Part shown: piece by piece, positions 11,566 to 21,911 of the stretch | How the letters are laid out: the number at the start of each line of letters is the position of its first letter | Numbering within the stretch: position 1 is the stretch's first letter | The notes under the pieces: generated by a model | Told to the model about the DNA's origin: nothing | The model's database searches: none | The model's input: the letters and a program-made list of their open reading frames with translations, nothing else | Program-made: the position numbers and the translations under genes | Assembly: GCA_963840175.1 (NCBI GenBank) | Contig: CAWIXU010000004.1 | Span: forward strand, 9,288-73,287 | Source of the DNA: an uncultured Acidimicrobiia bacterium | GTDB lineage: Bacteria > Actinomycetota > Acidimicrobiia > Spongiisociales > ZC4RG35 | Direction of reading: 5' to 3' | DNA: 64,000 nt

Positions 11566-12126
11566 TCTTCCCCCGGAGGGGGGAGTACCCGAGCGAAGCG
11601 AGGGGGTAGGGGGCGTTTTCTCGAGACCCAGGAGCTCAACCCTCTTCTATTCCCCTCGAAAAGGAACTACTCGTTCAACATGGCCCGACCCCGTCACACC
11701 GACCTCGCCGCGAACGAGAGCACGGGAGCTTCAGAAACGGGATGACCGTCTCAGAGGCGCGGGTGTGGCAGGTGATCCGCGGCGGACAATGCGGCGCCCG
11801 GTTCCGTCGGCAGGTTCCGATCGGACGGTGGATCGTCGACTTCGCCAGTCTGCAAGCCACGACTGGTGCTCGAAATCGATGACGAGTCACACGACTGGCG
11901 TGACGAAACGGAACGCATCGAGTACATCGAAGCGGAGGGTTTTCCGATTTTGCGGCTGACAAACAAATACGTCGCCGAGGACCTCGGCGCCGTTCAGCGA
12001 ACGGTGAGCTTGTGGGTGGCGGAGCTCAAGGCAGGGCGAAGGCCGGAGTAGGGATCGCGTCTGGAGAGAACGCCCCCCTCGTCTGCCTCCTTCGTCGGCA
12101 GACACTCCCCCCTCCGGGGGAGAAAC
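11566..12126 (+). mobile_element. Copy 1 of a ~560 bp element bounded by ~50 bp imperfect G-rich terminal inverted repeats, carrying a disrupted DUF559 ORF. Extra partial inverted-repeat satellites lie at 11529-11548 and 12131-12150.
   Basis: Left end TTCTTCCCCCGGAGGGGGGAGTACCCGAGCGAAGCGAGGGGGTAGGGGGCGTT. Right end AACGCCCCCCTCGTCTGCCTCCTTCGTCGGCAGACACTCCCCCCTCCGGGGGAGAAAC, approximately its reverse complement. About 85% identical to copy 2 at 41559-42118. Confidence 0.7.
11680..12051 (+). pseudogene. DUF559 (Vsr/endonuclease-like) ORF of element copy 1, frame-disrupted in the middle.
   Basis: MTVSEARVWQVIRGGQCGARFRRQVPIGRWIVDFAS then shift, then LEIDDESHDWRDETERIEYIEAEGFPILRLTNKYV. Compare the intact copy at 41675..42043. 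Confidence 0.65.
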
Positions 12127-12175
12127 GGGAGATCCCCTCCGGGGGGAGAAATTCAGGTCTGGGGATGAAACGGAT

Positions 12176-14752
12176 TTAGCCCGAGGGTGGCGCAGGGGCG
12201 GCGGCCTGGCCGACGGTGATGTACACCGGGCTCTTGTACGTCATCGCCGTTCCCGGCCCGGGGGTCTGAGCGAGAACGACATCGACCTGGGCGGGGTCGG
12301 TGACCGGCACGTAGGTCGCGTACACGTCGACCCAGGTCCCAGTTGAGTAGATGAATCGGTTGATCGTTCGGTAGGCCTCGCTGATCGGTAGGCCGATCAC
12401 ACTCGGCAACGCGCCGCCAGGGACCTGGCCGTTCGAGACATATATACGAATCGGAAGCCCGGCTTCGACTTCGGCTCCCGAACCGAGCGACTGGAAAACG
12501 ACGGTGCCCGCGGCCTGCAGCGAGGGAATCGGGGTTCACGTTGGGGATGAGTTTGGCCTCGGTCGCCAACGACACTGCCTCGGCTTCGGTCTTGCCGATG
12601 AGATAGGGAACGATGGTGGTCGGGGGCTTGAGGAACGGCTGGAGCTCCTCTTCGGTCAGGCGTGGAAAGTCGAGTGCTTCGACATCGGTCAGCACCATCC
12701 GCATGAACTCGGCCCAGATCGGAGCCGGGACCGAACCACCGAAGACCCGTTCGTAATACTCACCGTGGATGCGAACGTTGCGCAGGGGAACCTGATCTCG
12801 CTCGTACCCCACCCAGACCGCAGTCGTGTACTGCGGAACGAAACCGACGTACCAGGCGTCGCGATAGTCCTGGTGGGTGCCGGTCTTTCCACCCTGGGGC
12901 CGACCGATGGCGGCTCGCTCGGCCGTTCCTTCCGCGGTCGGCACTTCGAGCAGCGGGATTCGCGCTGCCTCGGCGATCGGCGCGGCGATCACCTGCTGCT
13001 GCTCGACCTGGTGCTGGTAGAGCACCTGGCCGTCCTCGTCGAGGATGCGGTCGATCAGATAGGGCTCGGCGTAGAGGCCGTTGGTGGCGAAGGACGAATA
13101 GGCGGAAGCCATCTCCAAGGTCGAAACTGCACCGGTCCCCAGCACGATCGAAGGCACCGGCTGGCAGCGGTGAGGTGATCCCCATTCGGTGCGCGGTCTC
13201 CACTACCTTCTCCGGCCCTACCTGCAAGGAGAGCTGGGCGTAGATCACATTGATCGATCGAGAGGTGGCTTCCTGGAGGGTGATGCGGCCGGCGCTGGCC
13301 CCGGCATTCGACACGGTCCACTTGTTGGGATCGGGCCCATCCGAGCAGATCGTCGGGCAGGTCAGGATGCGAGGGCTCGACCCGTCATATGTGTTGCCGA
13401 GCGTGATGCCGTTCTCGAGCGCCGCGACCAGACCAAACGGCTTGAACGCCGAACCGGGGTTACGTCGACCCTGGACGGCGAGGTCGAACTGGCTCTGTTC
13501 GAAGGGGAGCCCCGAAGCCATCACCTCGACCGCCCCGGTCTGGTTGTTGACCATCGTCAAAGCTCCAGTTGGTGAGCAAGAGTTGGCCTCGGCGTACGAG
13601 GTCAGGTTCTCGATCGGCTCGCTGGGAAAGATTCTCGTGCAGAGTTGCAGGTTCTCTTCGTAGGAATAGAAGGGGAGCCACTCGAGCAGCATCGCATTCG
13701 CCGCTTGCTGCAAATTGAGATCGATGGTCGTTTCGATGGTCAGGCCCCCGCCACCGACGCAGTTGACATCGTCGGATGGGCAACCGAAGACCGAGATGGC
13801 GCGCTCCTCCAGGGTCTGGCCGAGAAAATCGAACTCGTGACGCGAGAGGTCGGACAGCTGCCGCATCACCTCGGTGCGCACGTGTTCCGCCTCGCCGCGG
13901 AACTCGATGTGCTCGAGCACCCCAAGGGGTCTTGACTTGGCGATCTCCGCCTGAGATTCAGTGGTCCAGTCCTGTTCGAGCATGAGGTCGATGACGTCGT
14001 TGCGCCGATCGAGAACTACCTCTGGATTGTCGCCGAGGGTCGTAGAGCGAAGGGTTGCGGATGAGCACCGCGAGGGTGGCGGCCTGATCCAGGGTCAGCT
14101 CGGACATCTCGCGGTGGAAGAACTCACGGGCCGCGGTCTTGACCCCGTAGGCGCCGGCACCGAAGTAGACCGAGTTCATGTAGAACTCGAGGATCTTGTC
14201 CTTCGAGTGGCGACGCTCGAGCTCGGCGGCGATAAACGCCTCTTTGATCTTCCGCTCGATCGTGACCTCGTCGCCGACGAAGACGTTTTTCACGACCTGC
14301 TGGGTGATGGTCGAACCGCCGCGGGTGTTGCCGCTGCGGAAGTTGTCGAGGGCAGCCGAGGCGATGGCCGGGAACGAGACGCCCTGATGGTCGTAGAAGC
14401 CTTTGTCCTCCGCCGCCAGGATCGCGTGTTGAAGGAGCAACGGCACCTCGTCGATCGGGGCCGGCTCGGAGTTGCGCCCGTCGTGGAGCTCGCCGATGAT
14501 TTCTCCGCTTGCCCATATCCGCGACACCCGTGACAGGTCGGGGAGGGTCAGAGTCAACGTCTCGACTTCAGGGACGTACTCGGCTCTTACCTTGTCGATG
14601 GCGGCATAGGCGGAGTTGGCGCCGAGGAAAGTGAAGAGGCCAACCCAGGTGCTGCCCAGGAGCGCGATCGACAGCAGTCCCGCCAGAGCCGGGAACCAGC
14701 GGCCACGACGCTCGCGCGCTTCCAGTTGGTGGATGAGGGATCGATTGGCCAT
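12176..14752 (-). CDS. ponA: Class A penicillin-binding protein (transglycosylase + transpeptidase + C-terminal PASTA); frame disrupted.
   Basis: N-terminal transmembrane segment; EDKGFYDHQGV and GGSTITQQVVKN (GT51); SAFKPF (SxxK) and KTGT in the transpeptidase part; PASTA-like C-terminus (12176..12409). Confidence 0.8.
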
Positions 14753-14826
14753 AAATCAACCGGAGCCAAAGTCGAATGGATAGTCCCCGGTAGCATCAAA
14801 GGTTACCTCTCGACGTCAGGTATTCC

Positions 14827-16377
14827 TTGCGCACTCCCAGCGGAATCGAAATCGAGGTTGTCTACGACCAACCCGCCGATCCCGACAAAATCGGCAGTCC
14901 GGGTGAGTATCCGTTCACCCGCGGCCCTCATCCCACGATGTATCGCGGACGGCTCTGGACGATGCGTCAGTACGCCGGCTACGGCACCGCCGACGCCACC
15001 AATCGCCGGTTTCGTGAGCTCCTCGCCGCCGGGCAGACCGGCCTATCGACTGCCTTCGACCTGCCGACGCAGATGGGACTCGACAGCGACCACCCGTTGG
15101 CCGAGGGAGAGGTCGGCAAGGTCGGAGTGGCGATCGACACCCTCGACGACATGCGCCGTCTCTTTCGGGAGATCCCTCTCTCCGAGGTGTCCACCTCGAT
15201 GACGATCAACGCCACGGCTCCGATCCTGCTCCTGCTCTATCAGCTGGTGGCGGAGGAGCAAGGCGTCGATGGCAAGGAAATCCGGGGCACCGTGCAGAAC
15301 GACATCCTCAAGGAGTACGTCGCCCGCGGCACCTACATCTACCCGCCGGGGCCGTCGATGCGGATCGTCACCGACGTCTTCTCGTACGCGGCCAAGGAGC
15401 TCCCGGCCTTCAACCCGATTTCGATCTCCGGCTATCACATCCGCGAAGCCGGCTCCACCGCCGCCCAGGAACTCGCGTTCACGATCGCCCATGGCCTCGC
15501 CTACGTGGATGCCGCCCTGAAAGCCGGCCTCGACATCGACGACTTTGCTCCCCGGCTCTCATTCTTCTGGAACAGCCACAACCTCTTCTTCGAGGAGGTA
15601 GCCAAGTTCCGTGCAGCCCGCCGATTGTGGGCCGACCTGATGCGGAATCGCTTCGGAGCCAAAGACGAGCGGTCGTGGGCGATGCGGTTCCACACCCAGA
15701 CCGCCGGTTCGACTCTGACCGCGCAGCAGACCGGAAACAACGTGGTGCGCACGACCGTCCAGGCCATGGCCGCCATCCTCGGAGGGACGCAATCGCTGCA
15801 CACCAACTCTTTCGACGAGGCCGTTGGACTGCCGACCGACGAATCGGCCCGTCTCGCCTTGCGGACCCAGCAGGTACTCGCCCACGAATCCGGCCTCGCG
15901 GATGACAGTCGATCCGCTGGCCGGCTCCTACTTCGTCGAGGAGCTCACCAACCAGCTCGAAGCCTCGGCCCGCTCACTGCTCGACGCAGATCGAAAGGAT
16001 GGGGGGCGCGGTGGCGGCAATCGAGAGCGGGGTGGACGCAACGTCAGATCGAAGAGGCGGCCTACGAAGAGGCCCGTCGCCAGGAGTCAGGCGAATCGAT
16101 CGTGCTCGGGGTGAACCGATATGTAGTCGGCGATGAGGCTGAGATTCCGGCGTTGAGAATCGACCCTGAGCTGGAGCGCGAGCAAAAGGCGCGCCTCGGC
16201 CAATGGAAGGCAGAGCGCTCGGCAACTGAAGTCGAATCCGCCCTCGACGCCGTCACCATCGCAGCCGGAGACGGGACCAATTTGCTTTATCCCATGAAGG
16301 AAGCGCTTGTCGCCGGTGCAACCTTGGGCGAGTGTTCCGAGGCGATGCGGGCCGTGTTCGGGAGCCACCGACCGTGA
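14827..16377 (+). CDS. Methylmalonyl-CoA mutase-family catalytic (TIM-barrel) subunit without a fused B12-binding domain; one frame disruption near 15900.
   Basis: YPFTRGPHPTMYRGRLWTMRQYAGYGTA, TAFDLPTQMG, HTNSFDEAVGLPT, and a C-terminus ending VFGSHRP. This is the typical MCM/ICM large-subunit N-domain. Confidence 0.75.
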   Translation: MRTPSGIEIEVVYDQPADPDKIGSPGEYPFTRGPHPTMYRGRLWTMRQYAGYGTADATNRRFRELLAAGQTGLSTAFDLPTQMGLDSDHPLAEGEVGKVGVAIDTLDDMRRLFREIPLSEVSTSMTINATAPILLLLYQLVAEEQGVDGKEIRGTVQNDILKEYVARGTYIYPPGPSMRIVTDVFSYAAKELPAFNPISISGYHIREAGSTAAQELAFTIAHGLAYVDAALKAGLDIDDFAPRLSFFWNSHNLFFEEVAKFRAARRLWADLMRNRFGAKDERSWAMRFHTQTAGSTLTAQQTGNNVVRTTVQAMAAILGGTQSLHTNSFDEAVGLPTDESARLALRTQQVLAHESGLADDSRSAGRLLLRRGAHQPARSLGPLTARRRSKGWGARWRQSRAGWTQRQIEEAAYEEARRQESGESIVLGVNRYVVGDEAEIPALRIDPELEREQKARLGQWKAERSATEVESALDAVTIAAGDGTNLLYPMKEALVAGATLGECSEAMRAVFGSHRP

Positions 16378-17730
16378 CCACCGACCCCAAGCGAACCCGC
16401 TTTCTGATTATCGGCGCCGGCCCGGCCGGCACCGCCGCCGCCACCAACGCGGCCGCGCTAGGCGCAAAGGTCACTCTGGTCGAGGACCAGATCGTCGGTG
16501 GCGCGGCCCATCTTTGGGATTGCATTCCCTCCAAGACCATGATCGCCACCGCCGTGCGGATCGACTCGATGCGCAACGCCCCCCGGCTCGGGGTGACCGC
16601 CGCGCCCGGGCAGCGTCGACAGCGCCCAACTAGCCGAGCGAATCTCCATCATCTCCGGCGACATCAACCGCAGCTGGGTCGACCTCCTCAGCAGCCAGGC
16701 GGTCGAGATCATCAACGGGAAGGCCCGGCTGACCGGTCCAATCAGGCGATCGTCGAGGGAGATGACGGCGAACAGCACCGATCGAGCTTTGACGTCTGCC
16801 TGCTCTCGACCGGCTCGGCTCCCGCGTGTCCCGGCCTGGGCAGTCATCGACGGAGAACGAATCCTGACGACTCGCGACGCCTACGACCTCGAGCGAGGTG
16901 CCCGAACAGTTGATCGTGATCGGTTCGGGGGTCACCGGAGTCGAGTTCGTGCACATCTTCGAGTCGCTCGGTTCGGACGTCACCCTGGTGGTCAGCCGTC
17001 AGCAGATCCTTCCCCACCGCGATCCCGAGGTCGCAGCGGTGCTGGAAGAGAACTTCCTCGAAAGCGGGAGTGCGTCTGGTCATCGGCGCTCGCGCGATCG
17101 GGATTGATCGAACCGAAGACGGAGTCAGGGTTCGCTGCGACGACGGGCGGGTGGTCGAAGGCACCCACGCCTTGCTGGCGATCGGCTCGGTCCCGAACAC
17201 CGACTGATCTCGGACTGGGCGAGCTCGGCATCAAGGAGAGCGGCGGTTTCATCCAGGTCGACGAGCATCAGCGGACCTCGGTTCCCCACATCTATGCCGC
17301 AGGAGACTGCACCGGCCAGTTGCTGCTTTCCTCGGTGGCTGCAGTGCAGGGCCGGAAGATCGCCCGTCACGCGATGGGCTTGCCGGTCACACCGATCGAC
17401 TACTCCAAGGTGAGCCAGGCGATTTTCACTGAGCCCGAGATCGCCTCGGTCGGCCTTGAGGAGGCCGAGCTGGCCGCGGGAGGTCGCAAGGTGCGCACAA
17501 CCAAAGTGCCCTTTGCCGCCAACGCTCGGGCGGTGCTGCAAGGAAATCCCCGCGGCTTCGTCAAAGTCATGTCGGATCCCGCCACCGGAGTCGTCCTGGG
17601 CGGGAGCATCGTCGGCCACCGCGCCTCGGAGCTGATCGGGATCATGGCCCTCGCGGTCAAAGCGCGGGTCACGGTCAACGTCCTCGTCGACACCCTGATG
17701 GTGCACCCCTCCTCTCGGAAGCGATCAGCG
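16374..17730 (+). CDS. Flavoprotein disulfide-reductase family (LpdA-like NAD(P)H-quinone reductase, single-Cys CIPSKT type); frame disrupted.
   Basis: FLIIGAGPAGTAAA (FAD fold), WDCIPSKTMIA in place of CVNVGC, a second NAD fold (VIGSGVTGVEF), and a C-terminal dimerisation region. The GTG start overlaps the mutase stop. Confidence 0.6.
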
Positions 17731-17740
17731 AAGCAGCGGA

Positions 17741-17775
17741 GTGAGACGTCAGATCAGACGTCAGACATCAGAATG
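17741..17775 (+). repeat. Arm of the tandem GTCAGACAT/GACGTCAGA repeat family (GTGAGACGTCAGATCAGACGTCAGACATCAGAATG).
   Basis: Direct reading. Inverted relative to the arm at 18620-18656 and matching the left arm of the hairpin at 45427-45459. Confidence 0.8.
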
Positions 17776-17799
17776 TCGTTGTAGCCAACGTTCGTGAAC

Positions 17800-18630
17800 T
17801 GCCGACACACGGTTCCAGAGCGCATCTACGGCGCTCGGAGGTCCGTCGGGGCGAATGGCGAAGACATCTGCCAAGGCGGCGAACCAGTCGCCCGGATTAT
17901 CCAGCGTGGTTGAAGTCGACTCGTGCTCTCGACGTCGGGTGAGGACGCATCCCCGGAGAATGTCGGTCCCGTTCTCGAGTCGAAGCTGGGCGGTGACGAC
18001 TCCGGCAAAGCTCGATTCGGGGGACGTCGACAGGTGCTTGTGCCGTTCGCCGACACGCGTCCATCTCCACCTGGCCTGTCCGAAAGCTCATGCCCGAGAA
18101 GGAGCCGGTGGAATCGTGGGTGAAGTGCCAATCGCCAACCCCATCATCGGTCTCCTCGAAGCGAAAGGTCATTGGGTTCTGGGCATAAGTGCCCGAGATC
18201 ATTGGAAGCGGGTCGTATAGCCCGTCGCCAAGTCCCGCGTCCACCCACCAATCTCCATTCGGGTTCTCAGCCGTTGGGAGGTCATGGGCAACAAGCACCA
18301 GGTGATTCGACAACCACTTGACGTCGGGACCCTCGGGTCCATGTACGCCGCCGATGTGGCGGGTCACGTGATAGCCCAGCGAACCCAACACGAGGGATAA
18401 GGCTCCGTTCATCTGATAGCAGTAGCCGCCGCGGCTGTGGTTGGCGATTCGGTCCAGCGAGGCGGTCGGGTCGATGCTCCAGTTCTCGGACATATGAATC
18501 CACACGGATTCGTAAGGCACCCGTTCGACCCAAGCCCGATGGAGCCGGCTGCAGTGCCTCCGCGGAGGGAGGCTCCACCTCGACCCCGATGCGTCCTAGC
18601 GCCCGAACGACGTCCGGCTCTATCTGATGT
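17800..18630 (-). CDS. nat: Arylamine N-acetyltransferase; at least two frame disruptions.
   Basis: LGRIGVEVEPPSAEAL (N-terminus), VPYESV (IPFENL equivalent), and RGGYCYQMNG with the catalytic Cys, in successive minus-strand frames. Aligns by eye to the Mycobacterium smegmatis NAT N-terminus. Confidence 0.7.
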
Positions 18631-18656
18631 CTGAAATCTGATGTCTGATGTCTCAC
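18620..18656 (-). repeat. Inverted arm of the same repeat family (reverse complement GTGAGACATCAGACATCAGATTTCAGACATCAGATAG); overlaps the 5' end of nat.
   Basis: Direct reading. A possible GTG start for nat lies at the first base of the arm. Confidence 0.8.
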
Positions 18657-20154
18657 TGGTAGCTCACGTATACCGGTACGGGGTCGAGGGCTAGCACCTC
18701 CGCTGGAGTGGCTCCTCCCCGAGGGGTGTCTTCGTCGTAGAAGTTCTTCCAGCCCCAGAGGAAATTGTCGCCGTTTGCGGTTAGCGCGTCCCACGTGTCG
18801 TATTTGGTGCCGAGCGGTCCCTGTCCGTCCATCTGGATTACAGTCGCCAGCTCAGGATGAGTGACGATCTGGTCGCGGTTCTCGATCATGTCGAGACGGA
18901 ACTGATGGAGCAGGAAGAACTTCTGCGGGCAGCTTGTTCTCGCGGACGAGAGCGGCGAGCCACTCGGAAACCTGGTTGACCTCGGCGGCGTCGACCGATC
19001 CGATTTGGCGGAGATGGACCTGGTCGGGTTCCAGCCGCCACTCCGGGTCGAGGGCGAGACCGACGTGAGGCAAGCCGAGAAATTCTTCGTACGGCCTTGG
19101 CCTGGGTGAGGAAATCGGTGCGACCTGGTTGCAGATCGAGGATCACGTACACATCGTTGGCGGCGGCAACCTCGATCCACGGTCGGATGACGTCGAGGCT
19201 CATCTCTTCGGAGTAGTTGTTGTCGTCGCCCGGGAAGGCGGACGCGACGGTGGCGATGATTTCGAAGCCCAAGACGACTGGAGTCCCGTCGGCGTCATAG
19301 CCGGCGGCGATCTCAGCCGCCCTCGCGACGGCTTCCTCGGGACCCTGCTCGCCGAGGACCCCAAGCGCCGACGTGGTCGGGTTGCCATAGAGCGCCACCA
19401 ACCTTCGACCCGGGAACAGCTTGAGCCCGCCACCGGGGAGCTCTGGGGCGTTGACGAGCGCGCCGCTTTGCCATTCGATGAGCTCGGGATCAAAGCCCCC
19501 GGCGACGAACATCTCCTGCGCGGGGGTCGATCTCACCGACTCGAGCAACGCCTGGTCGCCGAGCATGTTGTGTGGATCGGCAAGGACGACCCGGTCACCC
19601 CGTAAGCCGGCGAGAGCGGTCACGGGAGCGACGAGGTCGGACCTGGTGGCGTCCGCCAGCCAGATATTTTCGCCTTCTGTGTCATCGGTTGGGTTTCTGC
19701 CGGCGGCCGCGATGGCTTCCTGTAGAGCGATCGAGTTGCTGGGAATTCCGGCCACCCCACTAGGGAGGGCGCCCCCAACGACCGAGATCGAGTGTGGTGC
19801 GAGGCGGCGTAGCTCATCTACGACCTCGGCGTCAGTCCCTGCGACCAAAAGCGGTGCCTTGATGGAGGCGGCGTAAGCGCCTGCTGCCTCGAGTTCCGGC
19901 GTCGAACCGCTCGCCACCACGACGTGGTCGGCGCACGCCAGGGTGGCCTTGGAGAGGGCGATCGAGAGCTCGACGGGGTCGGTGCTGGTGAAGATCTGCT
20001 GATCGGGTGCGATTCGACATTCCCGGGCCGTGGTTGTGGTTATCGCCTCAGTCGTGGTCGTCGCCGACGGTATTGACGAAGGCGTGCTCGTGCCACCGGC
20101 CGAAGTGCATGAAGCCAACACCAGCCAGACAATCACGGCCGATTTTTGGTTCAA
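18653..20154 (-). CDS. Lipoprotein: lipobox LASC, Thr-rich linker, N-terminal cell-wall-binding-repeat-like region and a C-terminal hydrolase-like domain; one frame disruption near 19100.
   Basis: Reverse complement of 20101-20154 gives (M)NQKSAVIVWLVLASCTSAGG. The TTG start overlaps the accA TGA. The remainder is spread over minus ORFs 18886..20343 and 18653..19180. Confidence 0.5.
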
Positions 20155-21909
20155 CGGATGACGGCCAGCACGGCTCCCAGCGAGACGGTGTCGCCGGCTT
20201 GCACCCGGAGGTCGACGACCTCGCCGGCGCTCGGGGAGCGCACCTCGTTCTCCATCTTCATCGCCTCGAGCACGCAGATCGGCTGGTTCGGCTTCGACCT
20301 TGTCGCCTGCCTTCACATGCACTTTGACGATCGTGCCCTGCATCGGCGCGCGTGACGACTCCGTCGTTGCGCACCCGACGCGGCGGGCCGGTCGAGCTTC
20401 GGCCGAGCTCTCCGCGTCATCCCGGGTCCAGTCGCGGGACCAGCGTCAGGTGACCAGTAGGTGACCGCAAACCGCCGTCCCACCGATCTCGACGGTCATG
20501 TCGCGGCGGGCGAGCTCCTCGTCCTCGGGCAGCGTTGGCTGCGACGAGCGGCGTGGCGTCGGGGAACTTGACCTGATCCTCGAGCCAGCGGGTGTAGTGA
20601 CGGCCTTCGAGAAAGTCGGGATGATCGAGCACAATGAGATGCGCAGGGATGGTTGTCGCCACCCCGGTGATCAGAAATTCCTCGAGGGCGCGACGGCCGC
20701 GTCGGATGGCTGGTCGCGATCGCTACCCCACACGACCAGCTTGGCCATCAGGTTGTCGTAGTACTGGCTCACCCTGGTGGTCGGGCTGGATCCAACCATC
20801 GACGCGCACGCCCGGCCCGGCCGGTTCGCGGTAGTCGGCGACCTGACCTGGCGTCGGCAGAAAGCCGCGCAGCGGATCCTCGGCGTTGATCCGGAATTCG
20901 ATGGCGTGGCCCCGCGGGCGTGACCGAGTCGAAGTCGAGCTTCTCGCCCTGCGGCGATCCGCAGCTGCCACTCCACGAGGTCGAGACCGGTGACCATCTC
21001 GGTGACCGTGTGTTCGACCTGGAGGCGGGTGTTCATCTCGAGGAAGTAGAACTCGCCCGATTCGGGATCGAAGAGAAACTCGACGGTGCCGGCGTTGACG
21101 TATCCGCACGAGCGCCCGGCGGCCAGGGCGGCTTCGCCCAAGAGCGTTGCGCTGTTCGGCGGTCATACCCGGGGACGGGGTTTCTTCGATCAGCTTCTGG
21201 TGTCGTCGTTGCACGGTGCAGTCGCGCTCGCCGAGGAAGACACCGTGGCCGGCTGGGTCGAAGAGGATCTGCGCTTCGACGTGACGCGGGCGCGGCAGGT
21301 ACTTCTCGACGTAGACCTCGGGGTTTCCGAAGTAGGCGTCGGCCTCGCGCCTGGCCCCGTCGAACGCCGCCACCGATCTCGCTCGCGCTGTTGACCACGC
21401 GCATTCCTTTGCCGCCGCCGCCGTGGGCGGCCTTGATCGCGATCGGATAGCCGAACTCTTCGGCGAGGGCGGCGACCGTCTCCACCGATTCGGCCGGTTC
21501 GGAGGTCCCTGGAACCGTCGGCAATCGCCGCCTCGGCGGCATGTCGCCGCGAGGTGATCTTGTCGCCCATCGCCTCGATGGCCGCGGGAGGAGGGCCGAC
21601 CCAGGTGATGCCGGCCCTGGTGACCGCCTCGGCGAACCCGGCGTTCTCGGCGAGAAAGCCGTAGCCGGGATGGATCGCATCGGCCCGAGCGGCCGCGGCG
21701 ACCTGGAGGATCTTTTGGGCGTTCAGATAGGACTCGGCCGCGGGCGCCGGTCCCACGTTCCAGGACTCGTCGGCCAACTGCACGTGCAGCGAGTCGCGAT
21801 CGAGGTCCGAATAGATGGCAATCGTGTGGATGCCCATCTCCTGGGCGGTGCGGATGACCCGCACCGCGATCTCTCCCCGGTTGGCGATGAGGAGGCGGGA
21901 AATGGTCAC
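20152..21909 (-). CDS. accA: Acyl-CoA carboxylase alpha subunit (biotin carboxylase plus C-terminal biotinyl domain); multiple frame disruptions.
   Basis: [17 protein letters not shown]-grasp [29 protein letters not shown], and the biotinyl motif [13 protein letters not shown], which is recovered only after shifting frame inside ORF 18886..20343. Confidence 0.8.
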
Positions 21910-21911
21910 TA

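Noticed and set aside
12504-13663. Plus-strand ORFs 12504..13178, 13189..13575 and 13250..13663 inside the PBP gene.
   Set aside because: They are antisense shadows of the minus-strand PBP coding sequence. They have no starts with ribosome-binding sites and no motifs.
16087-16983. Minus-strand ORFs 16087..16368, 16253..16576, 16458..16847 and 16630..16983.
   Set aside because: They are antisense to the mutase and LpdA-like genes, and are low-complexity Arg/Pro/Ser-rich.
17741-17775. GTCAGACAT-unit repeats considered as a CRISPR array.
   Set aside because: There are only two or three units per arm with no unique spacers. The arms form palindromes, which fits a REP/MITE/terminator-like element and not CRISPR.
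18886-20343. ORF listed as a 485-aa plus-strand protein.
   Set aside because: Direct reverse-complement translation shows it is a minus-strand read-through covering the end of accA plus the lipoprotein gene. There is no plus-strand gene here.
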